Shown: piece by piece, positions 27,001-39,889 of the stretch
Layout of the letters: the number at the start of each line of letters is the position of its first letter
Numbering within the stretch: position 1 is the stretch's first letter
The notes under the pieces: model-generated
The model's input: only the letters and a program-made list of their open reading frames with translations
The model's database searches: none
Told to the model about the DNA's origin: nothing
Assembly: GCA_035221665.1 (NCBI GenBank)
Contig: CM069165.1
Location: forward strand, 19,964,001-20,028,000
From: Okamejei kenojei
Lineage: Eukaryota
Direction of reading: 5' to 3'
Length of the DNA stretch: 64,000 nt
Position numbers and translations under genes: made by a program

Positions 27001-28700
27001 GTTAAAGAAGGAACTGCAGATGCTGGAGAATCGAGGGTATACAAAAGGCTGGAGAAACTCAGTGGGTGCAGCAGCATATAAGAAGCGAAGGAGATAGGCA
27101 ATGTTTCGGGTCGAGACCCTTCTTCAGACTGGTCAGGGATCAGGGAAACGAGAGATATAGACGGTGATGTGGAGAGATAAAGAACAATGAATGAAAGATA
27201 TGCAAAAAAGTATCGATGATAAAGGGAACAAGCCATTGTAAGCTGTTTGTGGTGTGAAAATGAGAAGCTAATGCGACTAGGGTGGGGGAGAGATAGAGAG
27301 AGAGGGAATGCCAAGGCCCGAGGGCTGAGGGAAAGGTGGGAAGGGGAGGAGACAGCAAGGGTTAACAGAATTGAGAAAATTCAATATTCAAGCCCAGAGG
27401 ATGCAGACTCCCCAATGCGGAATATAAGGTGCTGTTCCTCCAACTTGCGGTGTTGCTCACTCTGGCCGTGGAGGAGGCCCAGGACCGAGAGGTCGGATAC
27501 GGAATAGGAGGGGGAGTTGAAGTGCTGAGCCACCGGGAGGTCGGGTTGGTTATTGCGGACCGAGCGGAGGTGTTCGGTGAAACGATCGGCAAGCCTCCGC
27601 TTGGTCGCACCGATATAGATCATCTGGCATCTGGAGCAGCGGATGCAGTAGATGAGGTTGGAGGAGGTGCAGGTGAACCTCTGTCGGACCTGGAAGGACT
27701 GCTTGGTTCCCTGAAAGGAGTGGAGGGGGGAGGTGAAGGGACAAGTAGCATTTCTTGCGGTTGCAAGGGAAAGTGCCTGGGGAAGGGGTAGAGCGGGAGG
27801 GAAGGGAAGAATTGACAAGGGAGTTGCGGAGGGAGCGGTCTGTGCGGAAGGCAGACGGGGAATAGGGGATGGAGTCCTTACAGGAAGCAGGGTGGGAGGA
27901 ACAGTAGTCCAGGTAGCTGTGGGAGTCAGTTGGTTTGTAGTGGATGTCGGTCAGGAGTGTATCACCTGCAATAGAGATGGTGAGGTCAAGGAATGGTAGG
28001 GAAATGTCGGAAATGGTCCAAGTGTATTTGAGTGCCGGATGGAAGTTGGTGGTGAAATGGATGAAGTCAGTCAGTTGTGTGTGGGTGCAGGAGGTGACAC
28101 CAAAGCAACGGAGGTAGAGGTCGGGGATGGGGCCCTGGTACGTCAAGAACAAGGATTGTTCGACGTACCCGACAAAGAGGCAAGCGTAACTGGGGCCCCA
28201 TACGTGTGCCCATAGCTACGCCTTGTGTTTGGAGGAAATGGGAGGAGTCAAAACAGAAGTTATTGAGGGTAAGGACCAACTCCCCTAGGCGGAGGAGGGT
28301 GTCAGTGGACAGGTATGGGTTGCTCCTCTGGTCGAGGAAGAACCGGAGGGCTTTGAGACCGTCCTGGTGGGGGATGGAGGTGTAGAGTGACTGGACGTCC
28401 ATGGTAAAGATGAGAGGATGGGGGCCTGGAGAATGGAATGCGCGGAGCCGACGGAGAGTGTCTGAGGTGTCTTGAACATAGGTGGGGAGGGATTTAACAA
28501 AGGGGAAAGGATGGAGTCAAGGTAAGTGGAAATGTGTTCGGTGGGGCACGAACAGGCAGAGACAATGGGTCTGCCAGGGCAGTCGGGTTTGTGGATTTTG
28601 GGGAGAAGGTAAAATCGGGCCGTGCGGGGCTGGGAAACGATGAGGTTGGAGGCTCGGGAGGGTTAACATAGGTGGGGAGGGATTTAACAAAGGGGGATAG
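27001..28700 (-). mobile_element. 5'-truncated Penelope-like retroelement (RT plus GIY-YIG endonuclease, frameshifted and internally deleted)
   Basis: RT motifs MDVQSLYTSIPH...GVAMGTRMGP, LPFLDL, YKPTDSHSYL. EN motifs NLIYCIRCSRCQMIYIGATKRRLADRFTEH...KLEEQHLIF. TSD-like aatatcatcatcat at 26987-27000 and 28703-28716. Hammerhead at 27100-27127. Confidence 0.95.
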
Positions 28701-31700
28701 CAAATATCATCATCATCATCATCATCTGCTTTGAGTAACTATAAAGCACGCGTCTCCATTCTTTGAAACCTCGCTGTCCAGAGGGAATGAATCTCACCTC
28801 TCCTCACGATTAGTCACTAACGAATCAACCCAGTGTCAGATATTCACGAAAACAGCTATCACATGACTGCAAAGAAAATGATCAACGTCATTTCCTGTTC
28901 ATGTGGCAATTGAAAGAACCACAAAGAACTAAATCCAAAGTTCAAATAAGAACAGCTGTCAACCCACAGAAATAATCACACTGAACTGTTTCTTTATCAA
29001 ATTCACGTTCAGGGCAGTCAGTTGACATACCCTACTCTAAACATAAAAGATCATCTCTATTCTCAAAGAAACCCATTCTAATTCCAAATAACAAAAAGAA
29101 CAATCAATAGTAAATAAAACTGGACTTTTCCAAGACATTAGGATCAAACATTTTGCTTTTAAAGCAATGGTTAATTCCATTTGAAGGAAATACAAAAACA
29201 TACCAAGAGCATCCATGTGAAATTAGAATTAAATTGGTATGAAATGTTACAGTGGAACTCCAAAGATTTAACTGTGGAACTCCAAAGATTATCCTCCTTA
29301 TGTCAAAAACCGGGATATAAGGAAGTTAAAGAGATGCAGATGAATTAAATGAATGGTAAAAAAAAAAATAAAAAAAAAAACTGGTAAATGATCAACCAAA
29401 TGATTCAACCCATTCTAGAGTATCCTTCGGTGCCAATTATTTTAAAGTTGGTTAATTGGACGTGCCCTCTTTTTTTAACCAAAAAAATTATGTTCCTTGC
29501 AGTCCTTCGTTTGCAAAATTAATTGCTTCCGTTTAATAAAGTCTGAGTCCCGCCCCAAACTAAATCTTTCAATTGGCGTCCAACCACCGCTTTGAAACTA
29601 ACAGGGTCTGCAATGGCAACCTCTAATAGCAGAATGGGAAATAAAATACATCTCAAGCACATTTTGTTCAAATAGGAATAAAAGTCAATTAACCAATTTC
29701 TTTCAGTAATGATGCCTGAATTGAATCCAAGATCTTTCATAATTTATATAAACTAAACAGACTTGAGTAAACAGCCAACTTTTAATGTTCTTGCTCAAAA
29801 GGCACATAAAGACAGCAAATGTTCTTTCTCTCTCGCTCCGTCTCTCTAATACACACACAATTTTACTTAAAAATGGAATTGGGACTTCACCAGTGCACAT
29901 CCTTCAAAAAGGATTACTGATGGCTGGCAACAATGTTCTATCTATTATCCTTCAACAAACGAGCCCCAAGTGGCTCAATCTGAAGGAGATAGCCCCAGCC
30001 ATATTATGTTGAAATACCATCACCAAAGCTGTAGAATAACCACTGCAAGTAAAATTAAAAATCAATGTTTTCACTGCAGACACACATCTCGGCAACAATT
30101 ATATTCTCAGAGCCAACGTAGCACTAAGAGTTAACACTGAATTGTTAAGGACCAATGTTTTTGGAGGGCATATTGAAGAAAATGCAAGGCAGTTTATTGC
30201 ATATGCTCGTTGGAAAATTACATTAATTCCAAGCTAAAAATCTGCCCCTTCAAAAACAATTAGAATCAGATTGATCCTATGATTTTGTAGAATCAAGTAA
30301 ATTAACAGCACAGTAAGCAGGATCTGGACCAAGATTGTCACAAGAGCTAATTAGGAGCGACCCAATTTAATCCCAGTTCCCATCTCTTGCTCTGTAGCCT
30401 TGTCGATCTCATGAAGAAACTCACTTTGGCAACAAATTAAAGTCACCCAATACCACTGAAGGAATTTTATTCAATCTCTCACTCTTCCTTCTCTAATTAT
30501 CTAATTGTTTACTGACCTCTCTACCAGGGGAAACCAATCCTTCCTATTTCATCCAAATAAATCTCTCAATTGTATACAACTTAACTAATATCCCCAACTC
30601 ACCTCAAACCATCTCCGTTCAAAACAAAACAGCATCTTTCTTCAAAATTAACAACTTTAAACTTGGTAACATCCTTGTGTGGTTCCATTCCTTCTTTTAC
30701 ACTGTAACATGCATCTTGACCTGCGGTGACCTAACAACGACTACATACAGATCATGGGTTATTTCCCTTCTCTTCCTTTGTGTGCCTCAGCCAATAGACC
30801 TGAAATAAATTCCACCCCGAAGACAAATACAAGAAGGCTATGTATTAAAAAGGCTACTTTAATGAGAAAACTCTTTTTAACTTGATTGATGTCACAGAAG
30901 ATATGCAATGGTTTTAGAGCAAGTGAGTGAGAATACAAACCTACGCATCTGAATGCGTTCCTATGCACGTCTACACTTGCACAGGCGTAAAAAACTCAGA
31001 CATTTTGAATATTTCAGAATGGATCCTTTGACTCACTTCTAGATTTGCACAAACTTAAAGATTTTCATACTAGTTCAAGCTCAACTTGTTGGTATTCAAA
31101 GATTTTAAATTAAAACAGCACCTGTCAAAGCTGATATGAGAACGCAATGCTGCAGATACCCACTGTGCAAACAGCAATGCAAAGTCACAGAAGATCATTA
31201 CTGTTATGCTGTTGGCTGGGAGTCAGAGTTAGACTCAACAACTGCGACTGCTGAACAACATGAAGAGGACACTGTGCCCACTTACCATGAGAGAGTTGTG
31301 CTTTTGCAGATATATCAGTCCACCTCCCAAGTCTGATATATTAACCTTTAAACAGCATCTTCATTTTAATGCAGAGATTCAGTATGTGCTTCACTCATTT
31401 AAGCTATAAAAAGAGGATTCAAGAAAAAATGTAAAACTCCTCATACCCCCTTGCATTTTCACTATTTTCCCCCATAGAGACTCATTTATAAAAGGATTCA
31501 CTTGATTTCCCTGTGCCTCTTTAAAAAAAAAATCCCAGATCTGTCAAGGGTTGTGGCCCTTAAAAAAAAATACATGGCCATGAAACTAAATGTACAAAAC
31601 TGTGATTGCAATGAATCACATTCTTAAAGCCACATCAATTCTAATACGAAAGTACAAGAATATTTTTTTTAATTTCAAAAATTATAAAATTTAATCTTTA

Positions 31701-32008
31701 CATATACTCTCAGCCATTAGTACTTGTTTTCGTATTCAATGAAAAATAGGCTCGGATGTGAAGTTTTATAACTCCAAATTAGGCAGACCAACTCATTTTG
31801 GATGAACAACAAATGTAATCTAATTCAGGTCACCATTAACTTTCTGACCCCTTTCACAGATATCATTGCAGGTTTAATTTTAAACATTCAGTTTCCCTTT
31901 TACATTATGAAAGAATTATATTCAGTCTAAGTGGCTGAGCTATTTATTTAAAATAGGTGAGGGAGGACAGGGTAAAACAACTACAGAACTGGGTTAGATG
32001 AGATCAGG

Positions 32009-32203
32009 TGTTAAAGAAGGAACTGCAGATGCTGGAGAATCGAGGGTACACAAAAGGCTGGAGAAACTCAGCGGGTGCAGCAGCATCTAAGGAGCAAAGG
32101 AGGGTCTGAAGAAGGGTCTCGACCCGAAACGTCACCTATTTCCTTCACTCCTTAGATGCTGCTGCACCCGCTGAGTTTCTCCAGCCTTTTGTGCACCCTC
32201 GAT
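32009..32203. mobile_element. PLE-derived hairpin element with an intact hammerhead core at the apex; 12-bp TSD
   Basis: Arms ~32039-32101 and ~32141-32203 are near-perfect inverted repeats. gatgagatcagg at 31997-32008 and 32201-32212. Confidence 0.9.
32102..32137 (+). ncRNA. Minimal type I hammerhead ribozyme motif
   Basis: gggu-CUGAAGA-A-GGGU-CUCG-ACCC-GAAA-CG-UC-accu. Stem I is gggu/accu; predicted cleavage after C32133. Confidence 0.75.
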
Positions 32204-32722
32204 GAGATCAGGACCTATTTCTTTTCAAACAATGGAACAAGCAAGCAGCTTAGACAGGTTTCAGCTCATTGTAAACACTGATAAGTATGTCAAATGAGTT
32301 TCTCTCACATGCATTTCTCACTCTATAGAATCAAATGTGTTCTGTTACATGGGGGTGCAGGACATTCAAGGAAGGGGTAGGTTGCACCTTGAGAGCTTGG
32401 AACAGATTGGATGGGCTTTTCCTTCTTTGCATCTGAGAATTTGAATATCATATGATTCTCTCCTAATTCACTACACCTACCATAGTGAGTCAAAATATTA
32501 AAGTGCACGACAGAAATTCTTCAGGAAATATTATGTGCAATCACCCAGGCACTCCTGCAGAATGTTTATTCATCACTTCGTTGGTATTGCAGTCAAATAA
32601 ATTAGGGTTTGCCCTTCTCATCAAAATTCTCTTCCAGGATTCCATGAATCGTGCTTTGTTTGCCAATAATATCGGCTTTCTGACACAGAGCCTTAAACAC
32701 AGCACTTGTATATTATATAAAA

Positions 32723-32742
32723 TACACACACACACCCGCGCG

Positions 32743-32778
<36 letters not shown>
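32723..32778. repeat. Interrupted (CA)n microsatellite
   Basis: Directly visible. Confidence 0.95.
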
Positions 32779-32780
<2 letters not shown>

Positions 32781-33412
32781 TAACACATAGACTGGCAATT
32801 AAGAAAATCCAAATTTCTTTCACTGACAAGGTATGGTTAAAGAATGGTTAATTCCCCATCTGGGGGCTGTGCAACTGATGAAAAGAAAAATACACAAAGA
32901 TAAGTAAATGTCATTGCAAATTGAAATAGCCCTGTGCAAATTTATAAAAAAATGTTCTATGACAATTAAAACCCACACTAAGACATTCAAGAAAAGAAAA
33001 ATGTATAATTCAAATGTAATACTTTTCTCTCGTTTATTATATTGTTACAGTGTACTATGTTTACATATTCTGTTGTGCTGCAGCAAGTAAGAATTGCATT
33101 TTTCAATCTCGGACATATGACAATAAAACACTCTTGACCTCACTATTCTCATAATTCTCCCCTAAAAACTGGTACATACAGTCATTTATTTGCAGAGCAA
33201 GTTGTTCGTCTTCCACTTCAATAATGGTCTAAGCTACCAGCTAAATCAGATTTACTAAAATGCTGCAGAAAACTCCATATTAAACCACAAACACTTGTTA
33301 TCCACTATCAAATTGTTTAATTGACAACGTCTACTGGCAGAGATAACCCCAAAACCTATTTTAGAGATACTGGGAAACTTATCTTCAGCAATAATATGCA
33401 TTATTTTTTTGT

Positions 33413-33998
33413 TCCAATCCAATTCAAATTTAATGTCATTGCACAGATACAAGTATGGGTACAACGAAATGCAGTTTAGTGTCAGTACGTAGTGATAGCA
33501 ATGTTTAGATAAATGCAGATAAATAAATACAGATGTGGGAATCTATCGGCGGGACTCCGAGTTCAGCAGTGCGATCGTGTTATTGTAGAAGCTACTCCTC
33601 ATCCTGCTGGTGCGGGACCTGAGGCTCCTGTACCGCCTCCCCGATGGTAGGAGGGAAAACAGTCCATGGTTAGGGTGGGAGGGGTCCTTGATGATCTTCC
33701 CAGCCCGTCTCAGACACCGTTTCCGGTGGAGGGCATCCAAAGCAGGGAGCGGGGCACCGATGATGTGCTGGGCGGTTTTCACCACCCGTTGTAGTGCCTT
33801 CCTGTCTGCTACGGTGCAACTGCTGTACCATACCGTAAAGCAGGTGGTCAGGATGCTTTCGATGGTACAGCGGTAGAAGTTGGTCAGGATCTGGGGGGAC
33901 AGATGGGCTTTTTTGAGCCTCCTCAGGAAATAAAGGCGCTGCTGCGCCTTTTTGACCAGCTTGGAGGTGTTGAGGGACCAGGACAGATCCTCCGAGAT
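33413..33998 (-). mobile_element. Rex1/Babar-type non-LTR retrotransposon 3' end
   Basis: KKAQQRLYFLRRLKK...FYRCTIESILT...VKTAQHIIG...DPSHPNHGLFSLLPSGRRYRS. Tail ...tgcaatgacattaaatttgaa. Confidence 0.9.
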
Positions 33999-34449
33999 GT
34001 GTTCCCTTTTCCCTTATTTTTTTCTGTTCGCGCCTCAAACAGATATGGAAGCGCAGCCATTGCCAATTGGAGAAGGATCAAATGCATACAACTAAAATGA
34101 TAGTAATATCAAAATAAACACAAAATAAAAGAAACCACCAAGATTTCAATCAAAATCCCAACACCAGCAATCTGCTCATCGGGAGTTGAAGAAGGGCCAG
34201 AAATGTCTGCACAAGTCGAACAAGACCACATGGGCTAGTTTCGCTTTGGCAAAATAATAAAATATGCTAACAGCAACTAGCCTATTTTGCCATTACAATG
34301 ATAAAATCTAAACCTTGGGCCTTATTTCCAAAATAGACACTGATAATTACATTTTGAAAAATTGTAATCAGCCATAACTTCATGATGGCATGGTACCCTG
34401 CTTGCTCAAAGAGAGTTAAGTTCATAATTTAGTGCCAAACTACACTTAC

Positions 34450-34581
34450 CTATCAATCCATAAGAGAGGAACTTGTTAACAGACGTTAGTGCCAACCCTG
34501 TGATAGGTCCAGTTGTATCTTCTGATCTGATCACCTCCAGAAAAGGTCGAAGAAATATATTTGGTTCAATCGCTGAGATCT
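34450..34581 (-). CDS. GBF1: GBF1 coding exon (human exon 4 equivalent), DCB domain
   Basis: 132-bp exon, cttgtag|AG...G|gtaagt. Translates (E)ISAIEPNIFLRPFLEVIRSEDTTGPITGLALTSVNKFLSYGLI, nearly identical to the vertebrate GBF1 N-terminus. Confidence 0.97.
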
Positions 34582-35049
34582 CTACAAGAGAAAAAGAAAA
34601 AGTTCCAAATAATCAAACTCAAGCAACATTTATTAAAGGATGATTATTAAAAATCATACTTTTGTTGTAATGATTTTCCAATATCTGCTTTCAAATGCCT
34701 ATTACACTTATAATGTATTTTGCATGGCACTTACTATTCTTTCTAGAATACATTGGTGCACCCATACACCTAAAGCATCTTAACGCATCTTTAACAAAAC
34801 AATGGGTTTTCACAAAAAAACAACTATTATTGTGGGGGAAAATACAGCGATCATTCTTCACGCAGCAAGAACCACAACCAACAATGCAATGGATGACCAC
34901 TTGTTGTTAAATGGGAAAATGGATCAAAGTATGTCTTGCTCTTCAATTAATACCTCAATTGCTGAAAGAGACAAAATGGGACTCAATTTATTGTCCCATT
35001 TGGAGAATTCCCACTTTGGTCTCGAACCCGAGCTGGAACTCGTATAAAA

Positions 35050-35222
35050 CATTTCCTTGAGCATCGTCTGCTTTGATCTGTCCTTTTCACACCTCACATG
35101 CACTTTGACCCCTTCTATATCTCTAGTTTCCCTCTCCCTTTGACTCAGTCTGAAGAAGGGACTTGACCTGAAACATCACCCATTCCTGCATCCTGCTGAG
35201 TTAGTCCAGTATTTTGTGTCTT
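35050..35222 (+). mobile_element. PLE-type 3' tail with hammerhead-like core (35150-35177)
   Basis: cagtctgaagaagggacttgacctgaaacatcacccattcc...ctgctgagttagtccag. Confidence 0.75.
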
Positions 35223-35926
35223 TTAGTTTAAATGTTACTTGTTTCTGCCATTTGTAATGAAAGAAGAAAAAAAAGATACTTAAATAGTTAATATTCACAA
35301 CCTGGGAGTGACACCTTTTAAGATCATAACAAACAAAATAAATGCAACAATTATTTTGGCACAAGTTCAGCATGCAGGAAATGAAAATCTTTTTTTACAT
35401 CAGAAAAATTGGAAAGGGCACATTTTTTTTGCAATCGTCTGTTTAAAGCACAGAATGAAATAAGATAGACAATTTCATTGAATTCAAGCAATATTGCAAT
35501 GTAAACTATGCTTTATTTTCCCCTGATGGATTACTGGCATTTACATTTGGAGATGTCTGCCAGTCATGGGGTTTGGACATAACTGTAGTGAACCTCATTG
35601 CCGTGCAGCACTGGAGTGAAAAACAGATGTGTCTGGCCCATTAATGAGTGTGGCATTTAAAGTGGCCACATACCATCATTCGCAATTTGCTGTACCCAAA
35701 CAAACCGCAACCATGTAACACGCACTATCACACTTGATCAAAATTAGATGGAATCCCAGTTACATTACAGGCCCATGGCTGTTGTCAGATGTCACTTAAA
35801 CCGTCTTGTCACCTCTTATTCAAGTTTCTACAGGAGTACAGGATATATTACAGGGGCAAGTACAGACCCTTAAAATAGCTGAGTAAGCACTGCAGATTGG
35901 CATAATCTGAAGCTTCAATTAAATGC

Positions 35927-36021
35927 TCAGTCTGAAGGGTCTCGACCCGAAACGTCTCCCATTCATTCTCTCCAGAGATGCTGCCTGTCCCGCTGAGTTA
36001 CTCCAGCATTTTATATCTATC
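35927..36021 (+). mobile_element. Short PLE 3'-tail insertion starting at the hammerhead (core has a 3-nt deletion)
   Basis: cagtctgaagggtctcgacccgaaacgtctcccattc...gctgagttactccagcatttt. Confidence 0.8.
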
Positions 36022-36154
36022 ATTCATATGAAAAACTAGACAGTCATGGTTTAAGTCTCCCAAGTGATAGCATGTACTTGTACGATAGACATACTACATT
36101 TACTTCAAAATGGAGGAAAGAAAGATCTTTATTCAAACAATGCACATCTCAGAA

Positions 36155-36491
36155 CAAGCTAGATGCAGGAAACATGTTCCCAATGTTGGGCGAGTCCAGA
36201 ACCAGGGGCCACAGTTTAAGAATAATGTGTATGCCATTTAAAACTGAGATGAGGAAAAACATTTTCACACAGTGAATTGTGAATTTGTGGAATTCCCTGC
36301 CACAGAAGGCAGTGGAGGCCGATTCACTGGTTGCATTCAAAAGAGAATTAGATAGGGCTCTTAGGGGTAAGGAATCAAGGGATATGGGGAGAAGGCAGGA
36401 ATGGAGTACAGATGTGGATGTTCAGCCATGATCACATTGAATTGAGGTGCCGGCTCGATGGGCCTACTCCTGCACCTATTGTTTATGTATC
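36155..36491 (+). mobile_element. CR1 LINE 3' end
   Basis: LDAGNMFPMLGESRTRGHSLRI...; same subfamily as 11908-12559, in the opposite orientation. Confidence 0.9.
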
Positions 36492-37972
36492 TCCCTCATA
36501 ATTAAATTTCAAAATGCCATCTGAAGGCTAATCATGGCGACGCTGTGGAAAACACAACCAAAGTGCTGATCGAGCTGCTGCAAAGAACCATGTGATGATA
36601 ACCAAATATCCCAATTTTAGCAGAGGTGAAAGACAAAGAGTTAAATGGTGCAGATGACAGATAGAGCCAACTGCTTTATTCCAGAAAAAAGTGAGAGAGA
36701 GAGGCAAGCAATCCGAAGAGAAAAAACATCCATTCAAAGAAAATGGTGAGATCAGCGCAATGAAAAATCCACAGTGATAAAAAAACATCTGAAATACAAA
36801 TGTTCAGAGGAGCAAAAAGTTAAAAGTCAGTAAAGAACAAAAACATATCCCATGGCATCATCATAATTCAACTGTGAAATAAAAGAGTATGACCAATTAA
36901 TGCAAATGTGCTAATACATAAAGGGTTAAGATGCCGGCTGAAAACGTAGAGATTTCATACTCTGATGCACATTCAGCAACACCAGATCTTCCTTTCACCT
37001 GGTTCAATGGAATGAAATGCATTATCAATAATTAACTTTCAAGCAATAAATACATTTACAGTAAACAAGTAGACAGGGTATTTCCCCCCTCCAGTCTAAC
37101 TTTCCAGGTATGCTTATTAATGGACGCTCTGGCAGATTGTCCCACTGTGAATAGCTGAAACCTGTAAATTTCAACAAATGCAATCCCCTTAGGAATAAAA
37201 CACTTCACATACAGTAACAATTTCTGACTGAAACAGAATTCAAGGCCTACATTTTTCTGCTGAAGGCTCCTCCCCGCCCCCAAGAGCTTGATAATTATTG
37301 TGCTGTATGGGAATATACTCTGTCAAAGCACTGAAAAGTTCAATTTTTACAGTAATCATTTCCCTCCATCAATTTTATTGACTGTCTTTTACTACAACCT
37401 CTGTTCTGTTACTAAATACAAGGCCAGCCACCAGTCATTTTAGTAAATTAACATGTGAAAAAATTGAGCCACAGCATCAAGCAGCAAATGAAGGCCTAAT
37501 TATTTAGAGAATGTTTGTAGTCAAATCAAATTTGATCCACATACTAACTCACCCTTTATGCATCTCCGGGTCATAACACCTCTCAAAATATGTTACACAA
37601 ACAAGTTGGATCTCCGAGAAGGAAGTCTTGTGGCTGTAAAGAGCTTGGTTAGTTGACACTTACCTTTGATTACTGCATCCGAGTAAATGCTTACTTGCCT
37701 TGTAAGCCTGGCAAAGTGGATTTGCTAGACAGATTCATTTGATTAAGTGATGTTCAATGAACAAAATTTGAGTACTGAGGCCAATACTCAGAAGAGGTTA
37801 GAAAAATGAGAGGTGATCTCAGAAGAATGTAAGTCTCTAAAAGGAGGACGTTAAAGGGCTATTTCTCCACTGCAAAGTCTAGTACTTGAGTGCATAATCT
37901 CACCATAACACATCAGCCTTTTACACAAGATGAGAATTTTTTAACATACAGAAAATACCAAATTCTGATATT

Positions 37973-38103
37973 TGTTTAAGAAAGAACTGCAGATGCTGGA
38001 AAAATCAAAGGTAGACAAAAATGCTGGAGATACTCAGCGGGTGAGGCAGCATCTATGGAGTGAAGGAACAGGTGACGTTTCGGGTCGAGACCCTTCTTCA
38101 GAC
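37973..38103 (-). mobile_element. ~130-bp non-autonomous PLE-derived element with an intact hammerhead core (38074-38101)
   Basis: Minus strand gtctgaagaagggtctcgacccgaaacgtcacc...cagcatctgcagttctttcttaaaca. Matches the 3' end of the PLE at 58700-59730. Confidence 0.88.
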
Positions 38104-38639
38104 ATGTGGTATTTGTCACATTATTCAGGTCATGGACAGTCAATTGTTACATTGAAAGTTATGATCAATACATATTTAGAGAGAATAGAAGGAAGTTTGA
38201 AATACTGAGATTGCTTTCCTTTGCACAGGAAGGTTAGGGCAACATTTGATAGACGTCTTCAAAGCTATTAGGATATGATGATGAAGAAACAGCTTCTGTT
38301 GAGGGATTGATGAGCACAAATTTACAATAACGGCCAGTGTAATATCAGGACATATTATTTATTTATTTGTTCTTGTCTTTGTACTATATATTTGTTGTTT
38401 TAATATATTGAACTATGTGTCGTTTATTATGATGTCATCCAAGTATTATGTTTACATATCTGTTGTGCTGCTGCAAGTGAGAATTTTGTTGTTCCATTTC
38501 AGCACGAGACAATAAAACACTCCAGATTCTTGACATTGTGAAGAGTCATGCACTACCCGAGGCTCTGGTGAAAGATTATCTATATTGTACTACATATGTA
38601 CACTTCACACTGCCTTGGGAAAGCAGGGACCTTTTTCAA

Positions 38640-38760
38640 CCTGGTCATTCTCTCTGCACCCATCCCACGTCAGAAGGTACAAAAGCTTGAAAGCACATAC
38701 TACCAGATTCAAGAACAACATTTTCCTCGCTGTTATAAGATTATTGAATGCTCCTCTGAT
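38640..38760 (+). mobile_element. Rex1-like LINE fragment
   Basis: RRYKSLKAHTTRFKNNIFLAVIRLLN. It is followed by the MITE at 38833. Confidence 0.7.
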
Positions 38761-38832
38761 AAGCCAATCTACCATATTGCAGCCCTTGCATGTTTTTTAA
38801 TCTGCGCATTCTCTATTGCTGTAAATGTATAA

Positions 38833-39425
38833 AGGGCATGTCCCACCTGGCCGTCATTCGCGCGACCTGCTAGCGCGTGGGTAGCGTGGGACGGGCACAT
38901 GGAGTGGTGTGGAGGAGAGTGGCGTGGCATGGAGGAGTGTGGATTTCTTCCCGCACTAAATCTTTGCGTGCCACTGGCCTGTCGCCAAACTGACGGCCAG
39001 AAGTGGGACAGGCCCAAGATCCTGGCGCGGCGCAACGATCGCCGAGATCGGCCTGGGGCTCGGCCGTTGCGGATCCGGATCCGCCCCCACTCCTAATCCC
39101 AGAGTGGGGACAAGACGATTGGAGATATACACAAAATGTTGCAGGAACTCAGCGGGACCCGCAGCATCTCTGGAGAGAAGCAATGGATGACGTTTCAGGT
39201 CGAAACCCTCCTTCAGACTGAAGGAGTCTCGACCCGAAACATCATCCATTCCTTCTCTCAAGAGATGCTGCCGGTCCCGCTGAGTTACTCCTGCATGTTG
39301 TGTCTATCTTCAAATGACGTCATGCGCTCCAGACGGCTGTGTGGACGCATGATGTCGCATGCGACCGTCACGCATCAGTCACTACCGGCCTGTCGCCTAA
39401 ATGACTGCCAAGTGGGACAGGCCCT
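38833..39425. mobile_element. Harbinger-like MITE with TAA TSD and a nested PLE hairpin
   Basis: TAA-AGGGCATGTCCCAC ... GTGGGACAGGCCCT-TAA; CpG-rich; a second internal TIR copy at ~39003-39015. Confidence 0.85.
39123..39309. mobile_element. Head-to-head PLE-tail palindrome with two degenerate hammerhead cores
   Basis: Arms are reverse complements meeting at cttcagactgaagg (39211-39224). Confidence 0.85.
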
Positions 39426-39441
39426 TAACACTGTAACACTA

Positions 39442-39620
39442 GGACAGGTAGCATCTCTGGAGAAAAGGAATGAACGATCTTTCGGGTCGAGACCCTTCTT
39501 CAGACCCGACCCGAAACGTCACCCATTCCTTCTCTCCAGAGATGCTGCCTGTCCCGCTGAGTTACTTCAGCATTTTGTGTCTACCTTCGATTTAAACCAG
39601 CATCTGCAGTTCTTTCCAAC
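39442..39620. mobile_element. PLE-tail insertion with partial 5' inversion; 14-bp TSD
   Basis: acactgtaacacta at 39428-39441 and 39621-39634. Inversion junction is cttcagac|ccgacccgaaacgtc. Confidence 0.88.
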
Positions 39621-39889
39621 ACACTGTAACACTATAATCTGCATGCTAACATGTTTTCCCCTTGACTGCCAGTAGTATTTGTGTTTGATCATACTCATGT
39701 ATAGCATGATTTGACTGGATCTCAGTGCACTTTACAATAATAAACCAATAACAATACTTTAAATATCAGAACATTACAGGGAATTAACAAATATCTAACA
39801 ATGACTTCACACTACAGTGACAGCAATAGGGATGCAATCCTCCAAGCTAAATTGAGTTAAGTAGGTCATCTCACTTTATGCTCATCCTA

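Noticed and set aside
29248-29291. 22-bp tandem duplication
   Set aside because: Ordinary slippage duplication.
36530-36600. Protein-like short frame (HGDAVENTTKVLIELLQRTM*) and a C-box-like GTGATGA
   Set aside because: No recognisable homology, no convincing acceptor, and no D box with a terminal stem.
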